Assembly (NCBI GenBank): GCA_043228905.1
Contig: JBHGNT010000001.1
Coordinates: forward strand, 32,550,001-32,614,000
Length of the DNA: 64,000 nt
Origin: Azolla caroliniana
Taxonomy: Eukaryota > Plantae > Polypodiophyta
Reading direction: 5' to 3'
Below the pieces are notes generated by a model. That model saw only the letters and a program-made list of their open reading frames with translations. It was not told the origin of the DNA and made no database searches. The position numbers and the translations under genes were made by a program. Below, in pieces: positions 12,454 through 23,794 of the stretch; within the stretch, counting starts at the first letter, position 1; the number at the start of each line of letters is the position of its first letter.

Positions 12454-13277
12454 ACACATGCTCTCTCTTAATAGAGAAGAATACAAGAGTAAGCAACACC
12501 AGTCTACCAAAGAAATGCACACGACACACATACAAGAGGTAGAGTGATTAGGGTTTTAGCTAATTAGCATTTAACCTTAACCACTCGTAGAGTCAAGTGA
12601 AAGACTGATGGGGAAGAGTTAGAGCTCTAATATGGCTATGTGAAAGGAGATATCCAGGGAGGAATAACAGCTACCAAAGTGACAAAAAGGTGACTTTCAA
12701 AGCTTGTTACAATAAGGTTGGGCCCCTTTCAGGTTAGGGTGGCCATTAGGCTACAAGCTTTAAGTGATATTCACTCTACCCCCCCTTTTCCTAGTGTTCT
12801 CTTGAGCTCTATGTATATCCTTGGTGCCAATATCTTCATGGTTCTTGTCTAGAATAACAAGTAATTTACAAAATATAACCAAGAAAATATCACAAATATC
12901 AAGAGAATGAATGATGAAGATGAAGTTAGTAATGAGAATATAAACATAGATAATCTCTTAGGTACACAAGTTCTTCAACACAAAAAGAGGTGGGACGTGA
13001 AGAGGACATCCTTTTTTTTATAAAGACATGCAAAGTTTTTGTTTGATGAATGCCAAGATAATGAAAATCAAGGGCTTCTTAAATTTGTTGGATAATTCAA
13101 AGAAGCAATGATTCTCAAGGTTGAAGAATCAAAACCCAAGACAAACAATTACGATTGGAGTTGCCATGAGAGCAAGTTTCAGAGACAAAATGAGATAGTG
13201 TCCCCATCAACGTGAAGACCACTATACCCATGCCACTCGTTTTTCACTCAAGCAACTTTCATATTTTTAACACTAAA

Positions 13278-14221
13278 GTGAGGGCATATCTCCGGACAGC
13301 ATAACATTAGTATGTATGATGAGTGCAAGTGCTCACTCTGGGCTCGTAAACATGCCAAAATGTTTTTTGAGATTATGACTCCAAAATATTGTATTTCCCC
13401 AAACTTATAGCATCTTAATTGCATGGTTGTAGTATTTGGATGTGGGGGGCAATTTGATAAGGCTATTTCAATGATCAAGGCAATGCCATTTTTTGAGTAT
13501 TTAGCCATAGGGATTTCACTATTGGGTGCTTGTAGGAAATGGGGAAATGTGAAGCTTGGGAGATTGTCCTTTGATCAAGCCATACAAGTAGATAATAATG
13601 GTGCGACGACATATGTTTGCATGGCTGATATATTTGGAAGTGCTGGTATATTAGAGGATGAAAAAAAATTGAAAACATGATCAGAATAAAACATGATTCT
13701 TGGAGAAAGCGAGAATATGAACATGCCATGGATGTCTATGTCAATGAGCATACAATGGATGCCTACATTGATCATGGATGAGTTGATAGATTTGGTGGGT
13801 TTTAACAACTCATAAGCATGAACATACCATTAATATCTATATCAATGAGCATGTCATGGATGCATTTACTGATGAGATTAACATGGATTTCTATATCGAT
13901 GGTGGTTGTATATAAGGGAACCAGAATCTGCAACCTATGAACATGAATATATCATGGATGTTGAGGAACATGCAATGAAATTTCTGCCCATAATCCATAG
14001 ATCTAGGGGAACTTGAGTTCACAAATAAAGGGTCATGAACCCAAGCTTAGGGCTTGGAGAAAGCAAGTAATATTGAACATCAAAAACTATGTGTGATTAT
14101 TGTATATACACATCAAATCGGCCATGATGAGAGTACAAGGGAATCGGTTGGTATTTCCAACACAACTTTTGTATTTCTTATGATTTTATAATACCAGGGG
14201 CGTATCTTTTTGTCAAAAAAA
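13278..14221 (+). mobile_element. 5'-truncated PPR-carrying retroposon ending in tail family A plus poly(A)
   Basis: The direct repeat AACACTAAA lies at 13269-13277 and 14222-14230. PPR homology begins 2 nt after the left repeat, and the element ends in the family A tail with a poly(A) run. Confidence 0.65.
13280..13680 (+). pseudogene. PPR pseudogene fragment (final PLS motifs plus E domain)
   Basis: EGISPDSITLVCMMSASAHSGLV, then a frameshift, HAKMFFEIMTPKYCISPNL*HLNCMVVVFGCGGQFDKA...SLLGACRKWGNVKLGRLSFDQAIQVDNNGATTYVCMADIFGSAG. It has an internal stop and no N-terminus. Confidence 0.88.
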
Positions 14222-15333
14222 AACACTAAAACACACACAACTATAACTTGACCTTATATGCACCTTTAACTTTATTGAACTAGATTTGTAGCATGATCTT
14301 AATGTGATGATGTTAGAATTTGTGTTTTGGGGGATAATGACATACATATAGCTCTTTACTTGAAAAGAAGCAAATTATTATGGCATGATAGTAATGTTAT
14401 TATATCAAGTATAGGACGTCAATAGTAAATACGCATTCGTTTTATTGTAATAGCAACTAAAAGCACAATAAATTAGTGGTGTTGGTGATAAAGCCACGGC
14501 TTTAAAGGACTTGCACACCATCATTATCTAACAACCCCATTGCCACCTCTATAATCCAGATGCACTTATAGATTCCCAAATGTTTTTGTTGTTAAGTTGT
14601 CATATGCACATGCTTCTCGTCTAGTGCTTATGATGTCTCAACAACACTGATAATTGTAAAGTGAGTTTGGTAGGGATATAGAGTGCACACACCATGTAGT
14701 TTGTGTAGATTTTTACCTCCGTTGTGTTAGTACTTTGACCTTTTGCATATCATAGTGTCACAATTATATTCCACATCAATAGTATGTCATCATCCATATC
14801 ATCAACATGTTTATGCATGAATACAAAACATTGGTTAAGTGTTGATAATTAGGCTTTGTTATATTAGTTGTTGCTCCTATAATTAATCTTCATTATTAGG
14901 ACCAATCTTTGAAGTTTAGGAAGCCATTACGAGATTCAAATAAAAGGAAGCCTTTGTTATTTTAAGGTTGCAAATAGTTGATGAGTCGCATTAAAAAGTT
15001 TTAAAAACTAGACCAAAATTACAAGGTGCTCAAGGTTACATGAATTATATTATATGTGTGTTCGTGTGTGTGCATGCGGGTATGCATGTATGTACCGGCA
15101 TACATACAATTTACAAACATATGCATTGATTAGTATGCATAATTAAGACATTTGAAACTTTTGAAGGTCCATATTATTAACAAATTGAAACTTTCCTCAA
15201 ATTGAACAACAATGTTTACTGTGAAGGCCAAATATAAGAACCTAAAAGCAAATCCAAGGATTGATTGTTCATATTTGGATTGTGTTCCCACTTCAATGCA
15301 TACATATCATAAATACATACCCTTTTATCTCTA

Positions 15334-15855
15334 TGCATGTGTTCTTTTGTGCCACTGACACGCTTTTAGCACACCCTTTTTAGCATGCATATAAGCCAAC
15401 CCAAATGGGTACCTTTGTATTGACTATAAATTGAGCCAGAAGTAAGAAGTTAAGTAGGCTGGTTTTGATGGGATGTGAATGTGGGGGGTTGGCTCTTCCA
15501 TGACCACCCCAGAGGTCACTTTCAAGAGTTGATTTGAAGCATAGCATTGGAGAGGACTTGCAAGAGCTGCTCCATTTGGAAGTGGGGTGGCCGCTCATGA
15601 GGTTGTGGGAACTTAGGCTACATAGGGGTATCTGCGTCGGAGGCGACGGGAGGGAATTGGGACGCCATGAACAATGTGTTAGCGGCTAAAATTTTACCCC
15701 ACATCTCCACCAAGATGTGAAATGCACATATATAGATCAAAACCAGTCTACTTAGCTTCTTACTTCTTGCTCAATTTATAGTCGATACAAAGGTACCCAT
15801 TTGGGTTGGCTTAACTACATGCATGGTAAAAAGGTGGCGCAAAGGAACACATGCA
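15334..15855. mobile_element. MITE / MULE-like element with ~120-bp terminal inverted repeats and a GC-richer core
   Basis: The left arm TGCATGTGTTC..TAAGCCAACCCAAATGGGTACCTTTGTAT..AGAAGTAAGAAGTTAAGTAGGCTGGTTTTGAT (15334-15468) is the reverse complement of 15736-15855. No clear TSD. Confidence 0.75.
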
Positions 15856-16721
15856 CACCACACATGCAACACATTTATTTATAAAATGATTTGTATGTAG
15901 TTGATGTCACAATAAAAAACTTCACCCCCAATTTGTATCCACAACAGTTAACCAAAAACTTTGACATATGTGTATCGCATTGATTCCATATTTCACAACT
16001 GACCCAATTTCATATTATTATACATTTGATACGTTTTCCATGTCCTCAATTATACATGAGGTAGTTAGACGATACTTAGATTTACTTTTTGAGTCTTCTC
16101 AAACATACCTTGGGACTTTATATATACATTTCAACCACCCCTTCTCATGTCCCCACAAACTTCTACATTCTAGCCTTTGACTATACATTATAATATAATG
16201 TACTTGACTTTCTTTCTTAGAAATCTGGGCATTAAAACACCTTTAACCTCTCCGTGTTGTATCTCAATGAACTTCTATATTCTAGCAAATCATATGTAAT
16301 ATTTGGGAAATGATCTCGTTTTAATGACTTCTCTATCGTGGACTTTGCATAGGTCACATACTTGTTTTTTCATTTGGACAAATTCTTTCAACCACCTCTC
16401 AACATGTATAAATGTACTTCTATGTTCGTGAATCCGACATTCATCTTATAAGGCATTCTTTAGATGCATTTTGATTGTACTTTATTGTGTAAGGCGAGTA
16501 TTTTGCCATACCCATCGGTAAAGATATTAAGTTGTTCTTAATCAACGTTTTTGTTGGCCAATCCCGAAACATCCTCATCCCCCTTAATGATATATTTGAA
16601 GTTTGCTACCTTTAATGCTAAGTAGCATAAGTGGAAGGAAGTCGATGAAGTTTAGGAAAAACTAGTGGTTGATTGATGTTTTTCATAAGATTTCAAGGTA
16701 TGAGTATGTTTTTGGGCATAT

Positions 16722-16830
16722 CAATTGAACTAGGTATTAAAACATTATCAAAGAGTCAGAGATTTTGTTCGAACCAATTGAATTAGGTATTAAAACATTA
16801 TCAAAGAGTTAGAGATTTCGTTCGAACCAA
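16722..16830 (+). repeat. Tandem duplication, ~53-bp unit x2
   Basis: CAATTGAA(C/T)TAGGTATTAAAACATTATCAAAGAGT(C/T)AGAGATTT(T/C)GTTCGAAC occurs twice. Confidence 0.85.
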
Positions 16831-17830
16831 TATATATCCCTAGTGTGCATCTTATACCATACGTAGGAGCATTTAGCATGTATAATGGTATGTATTTGTG
16901 ACGAGAGATTCAATTGCAAACTAGAACAAGAAATTTCCATGTAATTAATGTTGTTCTTTGTTACTATTTGTTTAGGGGGCATTGGGTTGTGTTTATGTGA
17001 TAAGCGATAAACTTGTTTGATCATCATACGATTATAATAACCCAACCCAAATTAGTGAACCACACATCATTCCTCCTCTTAGCATATTTGGGTGCAAAAT
17101 CATCGCCATCATGCTAGTACCGATGCATAGAAATGTTGGCATAAGAAAAATTAGTTAGTGCATTTCTATGGTTGATGACAACTTCTAATGGCCTCACCAT
17201 GAAGCTTGATGGGTGCAACGTAGTTTGGGATTGGATGCCAAATGTAATGTTGTACCTCAATGTTGACTCATGTTGGGTTTGTCTCGCAACTTATGAAGCA
17301 TTTCTTCTTCCACGTCCACGAAATTGTTGTCTTCCATACAATTGTTTGTTGGCTTACCACTTTCTACTTGTCCTTGTGTAAATGAGTCGGGTCCTCTTCG
17401 AGGACAATCACCACCTTGGCTCTATACAGCCATCACAGAATTTATTTTTGCGCTTTTCCTAAGATTTGTACGCACGAAATCATGACAACTAGGAACAATA
17501 CTGGCTTGGTCGGGAACAAAGGCATTCACCAAGGAAGGGACGAGGGCAAGGCGCTCACATGTACGTAGTGTTCTCGGATAGTTCTCTCTTTGCCGGTTTC
17601 TTACTTGATCACGTGTATGCACATACGTACGTACGCGTGTATGTATGTATGTGTGTGTGTGTGTATGTATGAATGTATGTATGTATGTGTTTGTGTATTT
17701 ATGTATGTATGTATGTATATATGGGTTTGTTACACATGGTATGCCATGATAAAGACCGAAGAGGATGATGGATTCAAATGGGCAGGCGGAGATGAAGATG
17801 CACGTCCGCTGTGTGTGAACGCAAGAAGGT

Positions 17831-17903
17831 AAACCCTAAACCCTAATAAAATGAAAGCAGTCAGTGTTTCACCATAGCCATAGCCATAGCCATAGCCATA
17901 GCC
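17831..17903 (+). promoter_or_regulatory. Tandem telo-boxes (AAACCCTA x2) and (GCCATA)n repeat near the SEN2/snoRNA 5' end
   Basis: AAACCCTAAACCCTAA at 17831-17846 overlaps a candidate donor AAG|GTAAAC (17829). Telo-boxes are established elements of plant translation, ribosome-biogenesis and snoRNA genes. Confidence 0.55.
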
Positions 17904-17989
17904 ACAACCTTACCCCTGTTTTTGTGTGTATCTATCTGTCAGAAGCGTTATACATCCTCAGGGACGGACGGTCATGGTGATGACCCCGA

Positions 17990-18107
17990 CCTGTGCCAGT
18001 GACGATTCCTATGAAGGGATGAAAAAGAACGAACGCTCCTGGTGTTCTGTTTCTTTTGCCTGATTCATTAATTTTCCTTTTGATTGTCACTACCACTGAG
18101 GCACAGG
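17990..18107 (+). ncRNA. Box C/D snoRNA predicted to guide 18S rRNA 2'-O-methylation at the A in GGUAGUGAC
   Basis: A perfect 8-bp terminal stem CCTGTGCC (17990-17997) / GGCACAGG (18100-18107) encloses box C GTGACGA (17999-18005, correct K-turn spacing) and box D CTGA (18096-18099). The upstream guide ATTGTCACTACC is complementary to plant 18S GGTAGTGACAAT (rRNA sequence from memory). The D+5 rule selects the A equivalent to human 18S Am512. Confidence 0.85.
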
Positions 18108-18555
18108 GGAAGAGAAACTGCTGCTCTATACAGATTCCTCCTTACATTTTTTTATTATGTATTTTGTTCCCTGTTTTGAAAATCTAGTGTAAGGATGTTA
18201 AGACGGCCTTGACATGTGGTTAGTTCTTTCTAGCGGTTTTGGATACCGCTGTTTTCACCTGAATTCTTCTGTATATGCATGCAAATTTGCAATTATATTT
18301 GTAAACCCGGAAATCTTAAATCTTGAAACTCGAAATACCCACCTGAATGCATGGTAGACTCTAAGCAGGGACTCCCGATAAATTACTTGGATTATATATT
18401 TTGGACTACTGTTTTCCCAGACATTCTTTGTGTAAATCAATCTGGAAAGAATTTCCATCAAAGCGTCAACCACTGCGTAAAAATTCCATTTTTGTTGCTC
18501 CGCAAGGACCACGCATTATGGTTTTCTTAGAGACGTGCATCATTTAACCTGTTCA

Positions 18556-18687
18556 TTATCATGATGATTCATATCTGATACAATCGTTTGAACTCACGAG
18601 TCACGAGCTCTGACAGTATATATGCTTAAACATCCAGATTGTCAGATATAGGAAAGAAACTCTATTCCAATTCAGCTGAAGTATAAC
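18556..18687 (+). ncRNA. Candidate second box C/D RNA
   Basis: Box C ATGATGA (18561-18567) and box D CTGA (18676-18679) flank a long internal stem ATATCTGA(T)ACAATC / GATTGTCAGATAT. The terminal stem is weak and the target is uncertain. Confidence 0.4.
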
Positions 18688-20471
18688 CTATATTATGTGC
18701 TCTAATACTCTATTAGCCTTGATTTCACGAAGTTAGGGTTTTCCGAGACGAGCTTGTGGCCCAATTACATTGAAGCAAAATGTCATAATAAAATATAGGT
18801 AAATCTAGGTGTATAAACACGATTATTTGCAATTCGAAACGAGGATTTAAATCAGCGAGTTCCTAATAACGAATAGTTCCATGACATACAGACGCAAAAT
18901 CCTTATAACCATTGTTTTACATATAAATATATGTATACACTGATGGTGCTTAGGCAGCATGCTTTCCGGAACTCTGTAACCTTTAGTATGTCAACATGAT
19001 TTGACTTTTGACCCAAATTTCTGGAACGCAAGCAAAATTGTTAATCTTTACACAAGCAACATTGTAATAAGAGTAGATATGTGTATCGTATATGTCCAAT
19101 ACTTGAAATGATAAGAATTTGCTAATTAGTTATATTATCCACTTGATTTCGTTTGCTTTTCGTTTACTGCTGCGAATTTTGTCCGTTTCTCTATCTTTTA
19201 ATTTAGTCTTTTGATCTTCCGTGGCTTGATGTGTTAAAGGTTTCGGTATCCCAAGAGTGTCTTTTTTTCATCTGTGCAGTTTAGAACAATCAGAAACCTC
19301 AATCCAGAAAATTAACGGATTTCTTCCGTATTGGTCTGACTTCAAGCTTCCTCTGCTGCGATTTAAGACGCATGCTTCATTTTGTCATCGTTTCATATTT
19401 ACAGGTATGTATGCCTTATAATTTCTTTCTTCTTTTCTTGTTGGCCCCATATCCATATAAATAAAAAAGGCTTTCTTTGGCACAATCCTTGTTTACGAGC
19501 ACCCTACCTGGTATATGCCATGGTCAATCTAGTAGGCTCGTTTTTTCTCGACTAACTATGAGGCGGCTCTCAGGTAGTATTGTTACACAGTGGCTGTATT
19601 TGTGGTATTTTATAAAACTCCATTGCCACTATTTCATTAGCCAAGACCATTCTATTATACTTTAGAGGAAATAGAGATGAACAGGTAGAAAGGAGAGATA
19701 GATCGATAAAGAAGATATATTTGGGCGATAATCTGGTTGTGGCCAATAATGATCAGACCATTTCATGAGGTATTATTGTACAAATTGGAACAATGTTGTG
19801 CTGCTTGTTAGACCTTAAAAAGTAACGTACTTTGGTTTAGAGAATCTTCTTCAGAAGGATGTCCATGTTGATTTAAGGCTCCCCCATACCCCTCAGTGTT
19901 GATGATTTATTCAGTTGCAAATGAGCGTGCATTTCTGTCAACAAAGATGCAACAATAACCAAAGTTTCAGGTCGTTGTTAAATAAAGGAGAGCGCTGATT
20001 GATAGATGTCTGATGCATAAGGATGCATATATATAGCTAATTATCCGGTTTGCCATTGTTTTCAAACCTCCTAACTAAGGTTAACACCACTCGGAGAGTC
20101 ACTGTATATCATGCTAGTAGGGTACCTCAAATGGATGTATCGGAAGAGTGAAGACCCATTTTGTTTGCAATGAGTGAGAAGACTATAAATAAATATGGAG
20201 AAAATTGCAACAGAAAGCAGTTTCTTAGTAAATTACATGCTGAGGATGTAGGAAAAGTTGTATAACAATGGCAGGTTTTTTCACACATACCCTCTGATTA
20301 TTTGAAAACTCTTGGTTTGCTAATTATTATTCTGAAACAATTCTCCTTTTTCTGAGCTTAAAACTCTCTACTTCGTGGAGAGTTTGATTTGCTTCGTGAG
20401 AATGGTAGCAATGGAACTTGGATTGAATTTTGATGTTGTGAACTTGTGAAACATATAGAGAGGTTGATGTT

Positions 20472-22895
20472 ATGTCTGGACCACGTTGGAAGTACTCGGA
20501 TGCTGAGAAATTTGCCCTGGAGAATCCTGTCTCTGGAGTTTATGATAAAATCAAGTGCATGCCCTGCATCAAATCATTCTTTGCAAATACAGCTATGATT
20601 CTAGAAGCAGATGCACATCAATCAGAGCTTCTAAACAATGCTTGTTTTGGTCGACCTATTCTTGTTGGACCTCGTCAGAAGATTTCATTCAGTATGTTTT
20701 GATCTTTCGTTATTTGCATATTGATTTTTTTCTAACAGGCTTTCTCTAGTATATTTTGGCAGTCTAACATCAACTTCAGAACTTGCTTTTTCTTGTGTTA
20801 TTTGTCTTTTTCTCTAACACGAGCATAACTACTCCTTTTTCATTGTTCTATTAAAATCTGGAAATCATTGGCTTTTGTTTTGCATGTCTACTATCAGATC
20901 AAGAAGGGCTTCCAATGTCTACTGATCAAAATGAAGAAATTCTCTTGTATGAGCTTGGTTTGGAAGAGGCTTTTTTCTTGTGTCATGAATTGAATTGCTT
21001 ACAAGTGTGCCACAAATCAAGGGAGGTAATATTTGCTCTCTACTATGAGCTGTTTAAGAATACTTGTAAATATTACCTATTTGCTCCATATGTACAAGTG
21101 TGCCACAAATCAAAGGAGGTACTATTTGCTCCCTATTCACATTTGAGGTGTTGTCTTTATTTTGATTTGTGCATTTTGCATAGGCTTTATGCTGAAAATC
21201 TGAGCTGTTTTCCTGAGCCATTCAAAATGTGTTTTAGATGAAAGTGTCGAAGTTAAAAATGTATGAATGTATTTTCTTTCCAATAATTACATAGTTTGCA
21301 TGTGCAGTGTTTATAGTTATATTAAAAAAGTAAAAGAAAAGATAGATCATATATTCTTAATCATTGATTAAATTGCAGGGGGAATGTATTTTGGATACAT
21401 CTGAGCTTTGGCTTCTTATGTTAAAGAAGAAAAAGGGGTTTTTGTATTTTTACAAAGCTTATCATCATCTGAGACAAAGGAACTGGATTGTGCGGACTGG
21501 GCATCAATATGGAACAGATTTTATAGCGTACAGACATCATCCATCTCAAGTACACGCTGAGTATGTAATGATTGCTAAGTAGAAAATGGGCTAAACATCA
21601 AATAATTCTCAATTGGATATTTACCAGAACATGCCAATGTAGTTGCACGCTTTTTTACCGAAGAGGGGTATGATGCTATCATTTGAGAAACTTAGGTGTG
21701 TTTTGGTGAATACCCTTGCTCTTGGAATTATTCCAGTCCCTATTGTGATAGAAACGTTTCCACTAGAGGATAACTAGCAGGACTTTTTGAAAACTTAGTT
21801 CAATACTTTGCGAAATACATAAACAAAGTAAGTATGTTTTGTTGTTCAAAAACTAATTTGTAGTAATTATGTTTGAAAACCTTTGTGCTTTTATCCATAC
21901 AGGTTTGCTGTAATTGTTGTCTCTGAGAGTGATAAGCAGATACAGCTGAATTCATGGAGTCATATGCAAGGTATTATTCGACTTTGTGGGAGTGTAGCAA
22001 AGGTAAATAGAATGGAGATGGTTTTTCCATAACTTTTATTTGGAGAAACATTGGTTGGGAATAAGGTTGTTTATATAGTAGTAGACAGTAATCAGCAACA
22101 GTTTGGTTGGTTTGGCAGTCTGAAACTCAACCAAACCTAAACCAAACAAAACCTCAAACAAATCCTCAAACCTGTAAACCAAAACCATTAGCTTAAACGA
22201 AATGTTTCAAGTATTTTCAACCTCAAACGAAATGTTTCAAGAGATAAAAACTGTTAAGTTGCGGTCGGTGGTTTTGCAGTTCAGTTTTGGCTGTTGCTGA
22301 ATTATTGGCAACTACCCATTTTTTTTATTCAAGAAACTTTTTTCTAAGAAAAATGCAGAAGAAGACTAAAGGCTTGAGAGAATTGTTAGGCATTAAAGTT
22401 AACCTTATTATTCATAGTACATAATATATAGTTTATAAAGTTTTTGAGAAATGTTCATCTAAACCGCTAAGTTGATGAAGGCTCAAACTGAACTTCTGAA
22501 ACCCAAGCCAAACCGAACCATTTGCAAATTTTTGAACTTGAACTGAACCAGAATGGTTAAGCCGTTAAGCTCTGGTTTTGTGAACTGTTGATCATAACCC
22601 CAATTCAAAGGAGTAGATGAGTAGAGATTCTTAGCATTTGGTTTGAAAATTTGTACTGACAACAGAAGTTTTCCTACAGACTTTACTACTGTTGCGTGTT
22701 TCTCGAATAGAGGCTGATGATTCTCATGGAAAAAGCCTTGACAAATACTCTGTCCAAGAAATGGAAGTGAAACGGTGGCTTCCTAACAAGAATCGAATGA
22801 ATAGTTTGGCTGCAAATTGTACGATGCCAGAATTAAATAATGGTGATTGTGGTGTGCATTGTGAAACTCCAAATCCTTCCGTACAAAGTAAATAA
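20472..22895 (+). CDS. SEN2: tRNA-splicing endonuclease subunit Sen2 (5 coding exons, ~281 aa)
   Basis: Exons are 20472-20691, 20898-21025, 21379-21560, 21903-22002 and 22680-22895, all GT-AG and phase-consistent (846 nt). Motifs include PRWK, ACFGRP, LGLEEAFFL, YKAYHHLRQRNWIVRTGHQYGTDFIAYRHHPSQVHAEF and RLCGSVAKTLL, with the catalytic Tyr/His/Lys present. Probable 5'-UTR exons end at 17828 and lie at 19280-19404. Confidence 0.95.
22087..22600. mobile_element. Decayed hAT-like MITE relic in SEN2 intron 4
   Basis: Many AAACC/AACCG/AACTG subterminal-type motifs, plus an inverted pair CAGTAATCAGCAACAG (22087) / CTGTTGCTGAATTATTG (~22291). It resembles the ends of the element at 1766-3322. Confidence 0.45.
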
Positions 22896-23794
22896 GGAGA
22901 AATTTGAGGATCTATTTTTGAGAATTTTGAGAATTCTGTCAAGCAGTGGTTTCACTAGCTCAGTTTTAGTTTAAAATTTGAAATCTTCAGAAGCATTCCA
23001 TTCTCTATTGTGTTTATTCTCGTCACAAGGTTATTGGAACTTAAAAAGTGATTGGTATGATGGCAATGGTGTAACGTAGTAAAGATTATTGGAACATTGA
23101 AATAGAAACTGCAATAATTCCATTCTGCCAAAATTTGCTCGTGTACCACTTCATTAGTAAAGGGAACTTATGCAAACTCATTTTTATCATTATGTTTGTT
23201 TTGTACTGTACTTGATATGCCATGGTGCTAGTTATTCTAGGTATTTATTTAATTAGAATCGTTGTGAACACTTTAATTTATCATAAGTTTATTTACGTAA
23301 ACAGTTTGTCTGAACCTATGCTTCTTGTACCTCAATTCAAGTTTTGTCATGACAGTACCTGTCGAGGATTTATTATAAAAGGAGCTTCCAACAGACTTCA
23401 TCAACATATATTTTGTAACTTCATCAAATAGAGTCATTAAACATATTCTGCCTCACTGAGACTGTAATTAGTATTTGAATTGAAGTGTACGAGTCTCCAT
23501 GCTCATGTATCACAATTACATTAGGAGAGCAAAACCCCAAATGAAAACTTAGAGATACAACAAATGACATTCGAACATCAAGACAGAAAGTTTCAAGATT
23601 TCAAAATTCTGTTGTGGACAGGCATGGTGGTTGTATTTGACATGTATATTCTTCATTATTTACATTAATACATATCTCATCCATGAATATTAAACCTAAC
23701 ATACAATTGACAAAAGATGAGATAACTCTCTGCTCACCAACCAAAAGAATCAGCCTCCAATATACTTCACATTTGACTTTGTTTTGTTGTTAAT

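Noticed and set aside
17390-17410. GTCCTC-TTC-GAGGAC hairpin as a Helitron 3' end
   Set aside because: No CTRR terminus at the expected distance on either strand and no other Helitron evidence.
18104-18150. H/ACA snoRNA directly after the C/D snoRNA (AGAGAA...ACA)
   Set aside because: Only one weak hairpin with no two-sided pseudouridylation pocket.
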